A DNA stretch of 64,000 bases, taken from NCBI RefSeq assembly GCF_006345805.1, contig NC_042999.1, positions 114,142,001 to 114,206,000 on the forward strand, read 5' to 3'. Positions 25,420 to 38,345 of this stretch are shown piece after piece (position 1 is the first letter of the stretch; each line of letters starts with the position of its first letter). Origin of the DNA: Octopus sinensis. Taxonomy: Eukaryota. The translations under genes were made by a program, and so were the position numbers. The notes under the pieces are model-generated. The model worked only from the letters and a program-made list of their open reading frames with translations, searched no databases and was not told the origin of the DNA.

Positions 25420-26848
25420 TTTTTGAGTAAACATTGTCTGAGAGAAAATTTTCTTTAAGTAGTGGAAAAGGCTAAAAAACTTATTTGGCTGCTATTTCTA
25501 GAAAGTTCAGTATGTGGCAAAGCAACCCATTTCACTAAGCCCTAATTATATAATATTTTATATATAAATACACATACATACACACATACATATACACATA
25601 CATATGCATACACACATATATACATATATACACACACACACACACACATACATATATATATATTTTTTTTTACATACATACACACACACACACACATAAT
25701 ACATGCGTATATTCCTACTATACCCATACATTTCTATACATATATACGATACACATATACAAGCGTGCACATACAATATGTGAAAGGTCTTAGGAGAAAA
25801 GGTAGTCGGGGGTGCTAGGGGAACGGTGGGACTGGGGGGGTTTGTGGGTGGGGTGTCATCAATCTGGTTGCTGGGTAGGTCTATAGTTCTTGTAGTTTGC
25901 ATAATTCTTATGCATGCAAACTTTTTCCGAGGCCCATCCAACGTCCGATAGCAATTGCAACTGCCCTGATAAAACCACCTGCCCTCTCAACAACAACTGC
26001 CTACAGAGGGACCTAGTATATACATGCGAGGTAAGATCAGGCCCTGACGATAAAAGAAAATCCTACATTGGAATGACGTCAAACAGCTTTAAGACCCGTT
26101 GGTACACACACACACACACACTCGTTCCGGCGACCGGATAAATCCAACCAAACTACCCTCGCCGCCCACATCTGGTACCTTAAAAGGAACTCCATCCCCT
26201 TCAAGACCAAGTAGAAACTACTACAGAAGGCGCGTTCGTACACAGGAGGCCATACCTGCTGTGACCTTTGCATTTCGGAGAGCCTAGAGATCTTGTTCGC
26301 CAAAGGCCCTCTCCTTAACAAGATCTCAGAACACTCCCCAAATTGCATGCATAAGAATTATGCAAACTACAAGAACTATAGACCTACCCGGCAACCAGAT
26401 TGATGACACCCCACCCACAAACCCCCCCAATTCCACCGTTCCCCTAGCACCCCCGACTACCTTTTCTCCTAAGACCTTTCACATATTGTATGTGCACGCT
26501 TGTATATGTGTATCGTATATATGTATAGAAATGTATGGGTATAGTAGGAATATACGCATGTATTATGTGTGTGTGTGTGTATGTATGTAAAAAAAAAAAA
26601 AAATATATATGTATGTGTGTGTGTGTGTATATATGTATATATGTATATATGTGTGTATGCATATGTATGTGTATATGTATGTGTGTATGTATGTGTATGT
26701 ATATATAAAATATTATATAATTAGGGCTTAGTGAAATGGGTTGCTTTGCCACATACTGAACTTTCTAGAAATAGCAGCCAAATAAGTTTTTTAGCCTTTT
26801 CCACTACTTAAAGAAAATTTTCTCTCAGACAATGTTTACTCAAAAAAA
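25418..26848 (+). mobile_element. Penelope-like element fragment (GIY-YIG) flanked by ~500-bp inverted repeats
   Basis: CNCPDKTTCPLNNNCL..LVYTCEV..KSYIGMTSNSFKTRWYTH, then (frameshift) TTLAAHIW..CDLCISE; arms 25418-25919 and 26343-26848. Confidence 0.9.
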
Positions 26849-26912
26849 TAATGGTCCTTTTACATACTGAATACTTGGTGAAATTGATTAATAACTAATT
26901 AACTTACCCTCA

Positions 26913-26957
<45 letters not shown>

Positions 26958-27137
26958 GTGGGTGTGTACATATATCAAATGAAAATATGCAGAAACTACA
27001 ATCATAAAAAAGAGAAGTGAGTACCTATGAGAGAAAAAGAGAAATAATGAATTATAAAAACAATAAATAAAAACACGAAAATTTCAAAAACAAGCAAGAT
27101 GTAAAAAGAAAACTTTTCTTGCAATCATCATCATCAT

Positions 27138-27190
<53 letters not shown>

Positions 27191-27859
27191 GACATAACAA
27201 GCCATTAGATAATCTTCAAGTATAAAAAGGTATTTCCACTGAATGAGAAAATAGATAATGATTGATGCTGCTTTCTGAAACAATGTTTAGAATAATTTAT
27301 GAAAATCATCTTTATTTTGCACTGTCAGCGAACAATAGAAATTTATACAAAGAACAATGACAACAGAAACAGAACAGAAATGCTGTCTCTGATGATGATG
27401 ATGATGATACCTGTCTTACTTATGTATAAAGGCTGACAGTTTCAGAAGTGGTGAAATAGGAAGTAATGAAATACTAACTAGTCTGGTAGGTATAATATAA
27501 TAGTTATCCTCGCAAGTAAACAACTGTAAACTGTGTGTATTTCTATATCAGGTTTGAAATAGCAGTGAGGTAAGAACAACAGTAAGAGGGAACATCAACT
27601 GAATGCAGTGCCTGCTTCTCTTTGCATAACTACTGGTCATACACAAGCGGCACTGCTAGAATGTAGGGATCAAATGCACAGGGCATGTTCATATTGTGTA
27701 GTCCTAGGTTTAGTCCTGAAGGAACAGACATATGGCCTAATTAGTGATCATCAATATTTTCATCTAAGTTGGCTGTGATTGAGCAGATCTATGATCAAAG
27801 GAATTCCAACCATAGCCACCTTGTTGTTTTGTATATCTAGGCATAGGCATGGCTATAGG

Positions 27860-28690
27860 TGCAGATATAGCTGTGTGGTAGGAAGTTTGCTTCTCAACAA
27901 CATGGTCTTGGGTTCAGTCCCAATATGTAGCACCTTGGGCAAATGGTAACTGAAACTTGCATACAAACTGGGTTGGTCCAAGAACTTACTACGTCATGAT
28001 GTTTGTCTGTTTGCTTAACAACCATTAGGCACACGTGTGGGTGTGTGGGTAAGAAGCTTGCTTCTCACCCATGTGGTGTTGGGTTCAGTCCCACTGTGCA
28101 ACACCTTGGGCAAGTGCTTCTACTATAGGTCTAAGTTGACTAAAGACTTGGGAGTGGATTTGGCGGATAGAAATTGAAAGAAACCCATCATACCTATGTG
28201 TATGTGCATGTGTGTGGCTGTGTTTGTCCCATACCACTGCCTGACAATCAGTGTTGGTTTGTTTACATTCCCTTAACTTAGTGGTTTGGCAAAAATGACT
28301 GATAGAATAAGTTGGACAATGGACAAGTCCCTTGACCCCTCCTTGGTGGCTGTTGGGGCACTGCAACCACACAGCCTCTCTTGGGTGAGAAAGGCTGGTG
28401 GAGCCCATTCATCTCCAGGCTAAACTCATTTCTAAAGCTGAGTGAACTGGAACAACAAGAAATGAAATGTTTTGCTGAAGCACACAAAGGATCACCCAGT
28501 TCAGGAATTGAAACCACAATCTTATAGTCATGAATTCAACATCCTAACCGTTAAGTGATGCACATCCACTACTGGCGCTTGGAACAACATGAAATGAAGT
28601 GTTTTGCTCAAGAATATAGTGCATTGCTCGGTCAAGGAATCAAAACCACAATCTTATGATCGTGAGTCCAACACCCTAACCACTGAGCCA
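27860..28690. mobile_element. Cluster of SINE A (plus) and SINE C (minus) fragments
   Basis: gctgtgtggtaggaag..gggttcagtccc at 27870 and 28050; ttttgctcaagaa..gaatcaaaacc at 28450 and 28600. Confidence 0.65.
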
Positions 28691-29204
28691 CACAAATAAG
28701 TTACCAAACTCAAAATATAAGTACTGGGGCTGACTTGCTTGACTAAACTCTTCGAGGTAGTAACCCAGTTATGACTGTGCTCAAGTGACTGAAACAAGTA
28801 AAATATAAAGGTAAATTTTTTTCATGTTGGCTTGGCTTGGATAAGAAACTGATTTTGAGGCTGGATTTTACGGTCGAGTGTTCTTCCTGTTGCCAATCCA
28901 CACCTACTTCTTTCTTTATTTTTCAGGTAAGGGATTCTTATATGCCACTATGCTTACCACAGTAACAAGTGAAATCCTAAGAACATTCGCATGTATACAA
29001 ACACAAACATATATATACAATGTCTTAATAGAATTTTCATCTGTCAAATTCACTTACAAAGCTTAGATTGGCCTGATGTGATAGTAGAAGATACATGCTC
29101 AAGGTATCATACAGTGGAACTAAACTTAGAATCACCTGGCTGTGAAGTGAATTTCTTAACAATATAGCCATGTAATTTCTAGAAATTAAATAATATATCA
29201 GGTG

Positions 29205-29315
29205 AGGGGCTCTTGTCCTGCCAATTACTTGGGTAACCTCACTGCTACTGGTCCCACACAAAAAGCACCCAGTACATTCTGTAAAGTGGTTGGTGTTAGG
29301 GATGGCATCCAAACC
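29205..29315 (+). mobile_element. RTE 3'UTR, left half (split by the CR1 insertion)
   Basis: aaaaagcacccagtacattctgtaaagtggttggtgttagggatggcatcc; continues at 33160-33265 with cttggtgcagccttctg...atgatgatg. Confidence 0.7.
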
Positions 29316-29342
29316 TTTCCAAAGGTATGTAAAGACAATGAC

Positions 29343-30137
29343 ATGCAAACACCTACAAAACAAGAAACAGGAGATCCTGCAGAAAAAGACCAAACTTCCC
29401 ACGAAAAGAAACAGATCCAGAGCAAACACTCAAATGAAGAAAGGCCAGTATGTATCCATTACAGGCGCAACAAGTGCAAACATGGTCTTTCAGGTACAGG
29501 GTGCATGTACAGTCACCCCAAACCATGCAGACCATATATCAACTTCGGTACTGATCGAAAAAAAGGATGCCAAAATGGCCGAGAATGTGAACTCCTTCAC
29601 CCAAAGATGTGCCGCAATTCGCTGAGAAAAAAAGAATGTTTTGGTGAGAATTGCAAATTTATGCACCGGAAGGGTACAATTCGCATAAAAACTACTGAAC
29701 CCACACCACCAGGACCAAGCTCAGCAGGGTATCAAAACCATTTCCCAAAAATGCGGAAACCAGGTCATGGCTCAGCAGGGTATGAAAACCATTTCCCAAA
29801 AATGCAGAACCCAGGTCATGGCTCAACAGTGAATGAAAATCATGCTACTCAATTGCATACATCAGCTGTAACAAACCCAAACTCGCAGAAATTCGATATA
29901 GTAATGAATGAAAGCAGTTTTTTAGGCATAATCTACCAACTACAACAACAGCTGTACTCCATACAGACGACTCAGCAAAACCAGGCAACATTGATACAAA
30001 GGCTGACACCTGGACTTACAGGGCACATACAACAAATACAGACAGCCCAGCAGACCGAATATCCAGTCAGCACAGTCCCAGCAACTACAACAGTCTTGCC
30101 AACAATAGGGCAGATGTATCCGGTACAACAAGCATAA
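29343..30137 (+). CDS. LINE ORF1 (tandem CCCH-type zinc fingers, Q/T-rich C-terminus), probably N-truncated
   Basis: CIHYRRNKCKHG..GCMYSH, CRPY..GCQNGRECELLH, CRNS..ECFGENCKFMH. Confidence 0.8.
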   Translation: MQTPTKQETGDPAEKDQTSHEKKQIQSKHSNEERPVCIHYRRNKCKHGLSGTGCMYSHPKPCRPYINFGTDRKKGCQNGRECELLHPKMCRNSLRKKECFGENCKFMHRKGTIRIKTTEPTPPGPSSAGYQNHFPKMRKPGHGSAGYENHFPKMQNPGHGSTVNENHATQLHTSAVTNPNSQKFDIVMNESSFLGIIYQLQQQLYSIQTTQQNQATLIQRLTPGLTGHIQQIQTAQQTEYPVSTVPATTTVLPTIGQMYPVQQA

Positions 30138-33122
30138 TAACAGAAAATATCCAGGGTCTTTATCCGAAAACAAAACAGTGTAAAGTCCCTTTCTTGGAAG
30201 AATTAGCAACAGAAAACAACTCCAAAATAATTGGAATTACTGAAAGTCATCTCAACGAAAACATCCGCAACAGCGAAATCACAATCAATAGATTCAACAT
30301 CTTCAGATGTGATAGACAAGGCAGATCCCATGGGGGCGTTATCATGTATATCCATGATACCTATGCATGCATAGAACTTGTCAATGAATCAAATGCCTAC
30401 TGCAACCTGCTGTGCATAAAAATCATCCAACTTAATACAGTTGTAACAATAATGTACAGACCGCCAAACAGCCCAACATTATCCTTCACTGAGCCACTGA
30501 CGAAGCTCCAACAAATTCTGGGAAACATGGCAAGTCCAATGCCAGACATTATCCTCCTTGGTGACTTCAACTTCCCTAACATCATCTGGCCACATGGACA
30601 CATACTAAAACTGGGGACAAAAGCTGAACAAATACAGGCAGCCAAACTGTTGGAAGTCACAGAGAAATTATACCTCAAACAAATGATGACAGAAGCAACA
30701 AGAAATAATAATACGATCGACTTGGTTTTCACCAACAACGAGGACACGCTATTTGACCTTCACTCAACCCCAACAATCCTTTCAGACCACAATATTATTG
30801 AAATGCATTTACACATTGGTAATGAGCCCAATGCCACAACTCTTAAACAAAAGGACATGCCAAAGCTATGCAGGTATGATTATCACCAGGCAAATTGGGA
30901 AACTATTAACAACCAGTTACAAATCATTGACTGGGATCTCTACCTTACTGGGCCAGATAAACACAAGAAATTCTTAAACAAGATCGAAGAAATATGTGAA
31001 AAAAATGTTCCTCTAAAGAAATCCAAGTCCACAAAAAAACCTGTACCACGGGAGCGAAAGATCCTGATGCGCAAAAGGTCAAGACTAAGAAACAAAACAT
31101 CTAAGCTGACATCAAAACATGAATTACAGAAAGTCCTTGACCAAATATACAGATTAGAAGACAATCTAAAACAACACTATGATGGAGAACGTAACAATGC
31201 AGAAAAGAGAGCCATAGAAAACATCAAGAAAAGTCCAAAATGTTTCTACAGTTTTGCAAAGAAATACTCGAACACCAAGTCAACAATAGGACCTCTCCAG
31301 AGACAAAATGGGGATGTAGTGAATAACCCTATTGAAATGGCAGAAATGTTGGGTCAACAGTATGAAAGTGTCTTCAGTGAGCCATCTAAAACCATGAATA
31401 TCCATGACCCAGGAAAATTCTTCAAGGATATCGACCATACTAAACCTACCCTATCTGACATTGATTTCAACCCAGAAGACATAGCAAGAGCCATAGACAA
31501 GCTCTCCATGCACTCGGCTGCGGGGCCTGACGGTTTCAATGCCATGATACTTAAAAACTGCAAGGCACAATTGTCGAAACCCCTTTACATGATATGGAGG
31601 GAATCTATGGAGAATGGCAAAATACCAAATGCATATAAAGAAGCACACAACTCCAATACATAAAGGGGATAGCAAATCAAAACCAAAGAACTACCGACCA
31701 ATCTCACTGACATCACACATCATCAAGGTCTTCGAAAGAATAGTTCGTGGAAAACTGGTTGAGTTCCTGGAATCCAACAATCTGATGAATTGCAACCAGC
31801 ATGGATTCAGGTTAGGTAGATCATGCCTTTCCCAACTACTGGCACACCATGACCAAATCCTAGAAAATCTAGAGAATGGATACAACACAGATGTCATCTA
31901 CCTCGACTTTGCCAAGGCATTTGACAAGGTAGATCATGGCATCCTGGGTCACAAACTTCGAAAGCTAGGAGTAGGAGGAAAAGTTGGTACATGGATACAC
32001 GAGTTCCTTACAAATAGAACTCAAAACAGTCACTGTGAATGGAACCCATTCAACACCATCACCTGTGACCAGCAGTGTTCCTCAGGGTACAGTACTCGGC
32101 CCAATCCTGTTTCTCATCCTCATCTCTGACATAGATGAAGATACAACCAGCAACGTCTCATCCTTTGCTGATGACACCAGGGTCATGAGACAAATCAAAG
32201 ACGAGGTGGATACAGAGGCCTTACAAAAGGACCTGACCACCATATATAAATGGCAGGAAACAAACAACATGTTGTTCAATGATAAGAAGTTTGAACTAAT
32301 TCGCTACGGAACAGATCAAGATCTGAAAAATACAACAAACTACAGAAACCCATCAGGACAACAAATAATGGAAAAACAGTATGTGAAAGATTTAGGCATC
32401 CACATGGGAACCAACCTAAAATTCAGAGAACACCTTGACTCAGTCTGTCTTACTGCAAGAAAGTACAGCGGGTGGATCTTGCGCACCTTCAAATCAAGAG
32501 ATACCTCAACAATGAAAACCCTCTGGAACAGTATGATACTTCCGAGGATTGACTACTGTTCTCAGTTGTGGTCACCAACAACAAAGGGCCAACTATCTAA
32601 GATAGAATCGCTCCAAAGAAATTTTACCTCATACTTCTCAGAAACGAGGGACCTGGACTATTGGCAAAGACTCAAAACCTTGAGGATGTACTCAATAGAA
32701 AGAAGATTTGAGCGATACCGAATTATATACATTTGGAAAAATATAGAGCAGAAGGTGCCAAACTTTGGTATCAAAACCTACCACTCACTGCGCCACGGAA
32801 GACGCTGCCAGCTGCCACCAATCAACAAAAAGGCTGGCCAGGCAGCAAAAACCCTGCGAGAATCAAGTCTGTTGGTTCAGGAGCACAACTGTTCAACTCC
32901 ATTCCGGTACATGTCAGAAATCTATCAGGATGCAGTGTGGAATCATTCAAATTGCAACTGGATAGATACTTAAGCACCATTAGAGATGAACCCCATCTCC
33001 CAGGATATACACAACGAGCACAAACTGACTCAAACTCGCTCCTACACATGTCAAATTTAAGCAGAGAATACAACCTGGCAACCACACCAGACTCTGAGGG
33101 TGGAGTCTTCGACTTGGCCTGA
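29912..33122 (+). pseudogene. LINE ORF2 (APE endonuclease plus RT) with three 1-nt indels and no internal stops
   Basis: ITENIQGL, GITESHL, MYRPP, LGDFNFP, SDH; YRPISLTS, QHGFR, YLDFAKAFDKVDH, VPQGTVLGP, SFADD; frame changes at ~31649, ~32025 and ~32880. Confidence 0.9.
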
Positions 33123-34108
33123 GCATGGACTCAAACCCAAATGAAATGAAATGAAATGAAAAAGCAAGCAGCAGGGCTTGGTGCAGCCTTCTGACTTGCA
33201 ATTTCCTGTTGAACCACCAAACTCATGACAGTATGGGAAATGGATATTAAATGATGATGATGACAAGAGCCCCTCAATTGAGGAGGGAACAGTATTGAGG
33301 GGCAGGAAAAGGAGTCTTGCATTTGAAGGGGAAAATAGCTACATCTGGTGAAGGGAGAGAGGAGAAAGATGGTGAAGATGTGACAGGGAGGCAGGGATGG
33401 GAACTGTTCACCCAAGTTATAGGAAGGTGTATATAGTGAAGTGAACAGGGTGAGTGGGTGGTGAATTAATGAGATTGTTCAGTACACCACTGATATTTAT
33501 TCTAAAGATAATGATGATATGGATGACATTCTATCATCACTTGGAGAAGGAAAAGAAATGCTTAGTTATTGCTATAAAGTTTAAAACAGAACTAACCAAA
33601 AAATATTGTTCAGTATACTAATTGTACAGTAAAGATGGGCAAAATGGTAGTAAAGCGCTGGACTAAATAAATGTATTATAATATTAGTTTAGATCTCCTC
33701 AGTTCTGAGTTCAAATCCTACCAGAGAAGTGCCAATAAAACTTCAAGCAGAATAAAAATTTTCTTTTCTCATTGTGCAATTAATTTTGTGCACAGGTAAC
33801 AAGAAAATCAATTCATACACCCTATTTCAATGGATCAGTCAATTAGGAAGTGAATATCTAATTTATCATGTTTGGTGTGAACCGGTAAAGCTGACCTAGA
33901 AAAAAAGTCCCAGAAAGTTTGCAACACGTGTAACATTCACAGAAGAATTTCACAGTATGATTTATGCCCCCCCGTTGCATCTTTTGAAATCATTACAACA
34001 ATAACAAAAATACTACCATAAAACAACAACAGAAGTATAGAAAAATGACAACATTAAATCAAATTGGTGTCACCAGTACTCCTAATTTGGTTTTGATGGA
34101 AAACATAC

Positions 34109-34162
34109 ACTTAATAATTGGGGTATTGAAGTGTGCACGATTTGAGACAGACATATATTTAC
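34109..34162 (-). CDS. Candidate 54-nt internal exon of the host gene
   Basis: Strong acceptor tctcttttatcattttttacag, donor gtatgt; phase 1-1 reading KYMSVSNRAHFNTPIIK fits both neighbours. Confidence 0.4.
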
Positions 34163-34464
34163 CTGTAAAAAATGATAAAAGAGATAATGCTTTTTCTCTG
34201 TCTGTCTGTCTCTTTTATTATTTTTTTTAATGTGTTTTTGAGTTTGTCTCTAAGGAGTTTCACCCAATGAATATTGTAACACCTACCTTTATTTTGATTG
34301 CTCGCTCACACAAGCAGAGCAAAAACTAAGCAATCAAGGGAAATGCCACTTGGCACATATGTTTACAGAAATGTAAATGTTATGAGAAACAACAACAACA
34401 AGACAGTAAAACAATAGGAGAGAGAAAGAGAAAGAAAAGGTAAGGAAAATAGTGGGTGGGTGGG

Positions 34465-34529
<65 letters not shown>

Positions 34530-34535
34530 GAGAGA
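34465..34535. repeat. (AG)n microsatellite
   Basis: Direct observation. Confidence 0.95.
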
Positions 34536-35218
34536 ATTATTCTGATGGTGAGATGCAATGAAATGATGATATTTTTGGAAATAATCCAAAACATGTTTGT
34601 TCATATCCAATCACCTGGAGTAGTAAACTAAATTGGAGTTGAAATATATATATAGAGAGAGCCTCCACTGATAATGAAGTCCTAAAAGATGAAAAATATA
34701 TGTATCTATATCATAATAATAAGGTGAATATCTTGTGAGATCAATAAAAATATATTCTTAAATAAGTGAACACTTGCAGCTATTTTGTACTATAAAGATG
34801 TGTTGAGACATAGAAAGAATATTTGTTTACCTTATGTTGAGAGAGAGGGAGAGGGGTGATTTGATCTCCCCCTCATAGCAAATCATCAACATACTGGTGA
34901 GAAAACAGGGAGCCTCTACTTTGTTACCTAATCTTCAAGAAATAGTAACCAAATCTCCTTCAAATCATATCCTACTATCTTTAAAAATAGATGTATTGCA
35001 TAAAGTGATTCTGGGTTTTCTGTGCATAAGAAAAGACAGGATAGCCACAAGTGGAAAGCCTTTGATAATAAGGTCTGCTTGCTCAGGGCTGACTTGAGGT
35101 TAAACAACAACAAAAACAATCTAAATAGCAGGACAAGTTTTCTACAAAGTGCCAGTGAAGTAGTCCTCTAAGCAGTTGCTTAACCTAGCTAGAAAATAGT
35201 AGGCAGTACCTACCTCAA

Positions 35219-35790
35219 CCCTTTAGCAATTAAACCAGTCACATCTGGCCTAAATGTTCAACCTGCTTAACGCTCAAACTGGCCAGATATGGGCTCTCAC
35301 ATCATCATTTAACATCTGTTGTCCATGCTGGCATGGGTTGGATAGTCTGGCTAGAGCTGTCAAGCTGGGGAACTGCATAAGCCTCATCTGATTTAACATG
35401 GTTTCTACGGTTGGATGCCCTTCCTAATGCCAGTCACTTTACAGAATATACTGGGTGCTTTTATGTGGCACCACATGGGTGCTATTATGTGACACCACAT
35501 GGACACATCTACATGTCACCACATGGGCACTTTTATGTCACTGCATGGGCGCTTTTATGTGGCACTACCACCAGTGCTTTACACCACCAGAAGGATCAGT
35601 TTTAACACTTCTGCTGCGGAGTATGGGTCTTCTTGTGTACAGCAAGGCGCCAGGCATCTCGGTCCTTTGTCACATCTTCTCTGCAAATATTATTCTAAAA
35701 CTATACAACCATATGATCAAATGCTATAAATTCAAAACAATGTGAATAAATAAACATTACATTCATCAGAATAATCTGAATGTTAAAGGG
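35219..35790. mobile_element. piggyBac-type MITE P1 interrupted by an RTE 3' end (~35303-35690)
   Basis: tcaa|ccctttagc ... taaaggg|ttaa; the inner RTE UTR carries a short ggcacc repeat array. Confidence 0.75.
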
Positions 35791-36711
35791 TTAAGGAAAC
35801 TGTTGTCTTTAATCCCCCCTCCAAAAAAAAACTCAGAAGACATTGGATAATGTAGTCATAGATTCAGGGCAAACCTGGGGTCAAGCAGCAGCAGCTGCTG
35901 CTACCCTGCCACCACCATGAAAGTACTATTTCAGTTCCCAATTAGATCAGCACTTCTAACCAAGCTGATCTTTTGTCAAGTTACATCAGGCACAGAGTGT
36001 GTGATTTCACTCAAATAACAAAGAACCATGGGTTTTTTTTCAAGTGGAGAGGTTGACATTATTTATTTATTAATTCAATTTAAATGTCTGTATAGAGCTG
36101 ATAAGCAATGAGAAACAAACGTGTATAATACTAAAGACATATACAAAAGAAAAAGAAAAAAGGGTTGAAGAAATCTTTTTGTAGTCCCCATGAATCAGAA
36201 GATCTCAATTATGGCTGGTATCCATAGAGATTTTACAATAAACCCAGAGTATGCTTGTTAATAAACACATTCACACAAAACATTGCAAATTTTTCAGTCT
36301 GTATCTCTGATTTATATATAAAGCAAACAATATGTTTGTAATTTTTCTCGAGTATTTCTGATTTCATTTAGCAATGCTGTTGAGCTCCAAGTCAGGCCTG
36401 AGTGAGCAGACACATATGCCACAACCATCTTGTTTTTTTTTCAAGCACAGCTACCTAGGACTATATACAATGGTTCTTGCCTTTTTTTTTCTTTCAAAAG
36501 TAGTGTGTAGGGTTTGATTTGGCTGCAGTTTCTAGCAGGCCAAATGACAATATAGAGATTCTTCTGTTTGTTACACCAGTAACTAGGATGATTGGGTTGA
36601 GGTCACTGACACCTCTCACATACAAAGAATTTCTTCAAATTTTGGTATGGAAAAGGCAATTAAAATCTGTTTTTATCTATTAATTAAAGGAATAAATGCT
36701 AACACAATTAA

Positions 36712-36830
36712 CCCTTTAGCATTCAGCTTACTCAATTTAATGTAATGCTTATAAATTCACATTTTTTTGAATTAATCATGTATTATCTTGTAGCTTCAAG
36801 ATTTCAATGATGTGACTACATAGATATTCA
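36712..36830. mobile_element. piggyBac-type MITE P1, left part
   Basis: ttaa|ccctttagcattcag. Confidence 0.65.
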
Positions 36831-37979
36831 ATATTTCCTCCGCAAGGTGGTTTTATACAACACTGACATGAAAAGATAATACATATCTACCAGCATAGAT
36901 GCGTGGTTGAGAAGCTTACCTTGCAACTAAGTGGTTTCGAGTTCAGTCCTACTGTGTGGTACATAGAGTAAATGTATTTTTACACTGGTAATACCCCAGC
37001 ATGGCCACAGCCTTAGAGTTGAAATGTGTAAAAGAATATGAGCTGAGAACAGAAGGTAAGTATGGTAGAGATGGTTACTGGGGAAACAGTTGGTATGGTG
37101 AGGCAACACAAAGCAAGCTGAACCTCACAAACATATCAGATCAAGACATTTTGATATCTGCAGTGTTAGTATATCTTTCAACCAAACCCTCACCAGCATG
37201 GAGGAGGGTGGAAAGGGAGGGATGATGATGATGATAGTAAAGGTGCTATGTATAATGCATCATCTTTTCCCCTTCTCTATTTCTTTTCATCCTTTCCTCT
37301 TTAAATTCATTTATCCAGACTCATATGGGGCAGCTTTTGCAAAATGGAACATGTGTCTCTTCTTTTGCTTCACCACCACCACTAATTAATGTTCACTTTC
37401 CTTGCTAGCATGGATTGCATAGTTTGACAGGAGCTGGCAAACCAGAGAGCTGCACCAGGCTCCAATTGTCTGTTTTGGCATGGTTTCTATTGCTGGATGC
37501 CCTTCCTAACACCAGCCACTCTACAGAATGTACTGGGTGCTTTACACATTGCACCAGCATGGGCTCATTTTTTATGTGACACTAGCATGAGTGCTTTCTC
37601 ACATGGCACCAGCAAAGGTAAGTTTTTATGTGGTGCCAGCATGACGTCTGCTGGAATATTAATTACTCAAATTTTCAAAGCAAGACACTTATTCTATTGG
37701 TCTATTTTGTCAAACAGCTACATTATGGGGACAAAAACAAACCAACACCAGTCGTCAAACAGTGGTGGGGGACCAACACATAGAAAGATACAGATATACA
37801 CATATTTCTTGCTGTACTAAGTATACTATACTGGTATGGTACCAGAATATTTGACTTGAGTCAAATATAACAAACTACTCTAAATAGTTGTTAGCATATT
37901 TGCATCAGTGAAGTCGAGATCAGCTAGTTTGTACTGGCATCAAGTCTTATTAGTTGTAAATAGTGGTATTTAAAAATCA

Positions 37980-38345
37980 TTTAAATGGGTTGGACAGTTC
38001 AACTGGGGTCTGGGAAGCCAGGGGGCTGCACCAGACCCAGTCTGAGCTGGCAATGTTTCAATGGCTGGATACCCTTCCTAACGCCAACCACTCCATGAGT
38101 GTAGTGGGTGCTTTTTATGTGCCACAGGTATGGGGGCCAGGCGAGGCTGGCAATGGCCACGATCGGATGGTGCTTTTTACGTGCCACCGGCATGGAGGCC
38201 CGTCAGGGCTAATACATAATAGGAAATGCATCCATCCCTTCACAAGGCTTTGGTTGGCTCAGAGCTTTAAAAGAAGTCACTTGTCCAAGCTATAATAGAA
38301 GTTGCTTGTTCACGCAGCGGTACTGAACCTAAGACTATATAGTTT
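37980..38345 (-). mobile_element. RTE 3' end followed by SINE A 5' part
   Basis: Homology to 38957-39400 and to the 3545 copy. Confidence 0.7.

Larger units (their letters stand above)
29320..33160 (+). mobile_element. CR1-group LINE, 5'-truncated, near intact
   Basis: CCCH-finger ORF1, APE-RT ORF2, short 3'UTR, (AAATG)n tail at 33139-33160. Confidence 0.95.

Noticed and set aside
26040-26075. ctgacga...gaaa as a second hammerhead
   Set aside because: No stem II, I or III pairing; lies within the GIY-YIG coding sequence
30397-33266. Antisense ORFs over the CR1 element (and over the RTE ORFs at 24 and 40 kb)
   Set aside because: Shadow frames of A-rich LINE coding sequence
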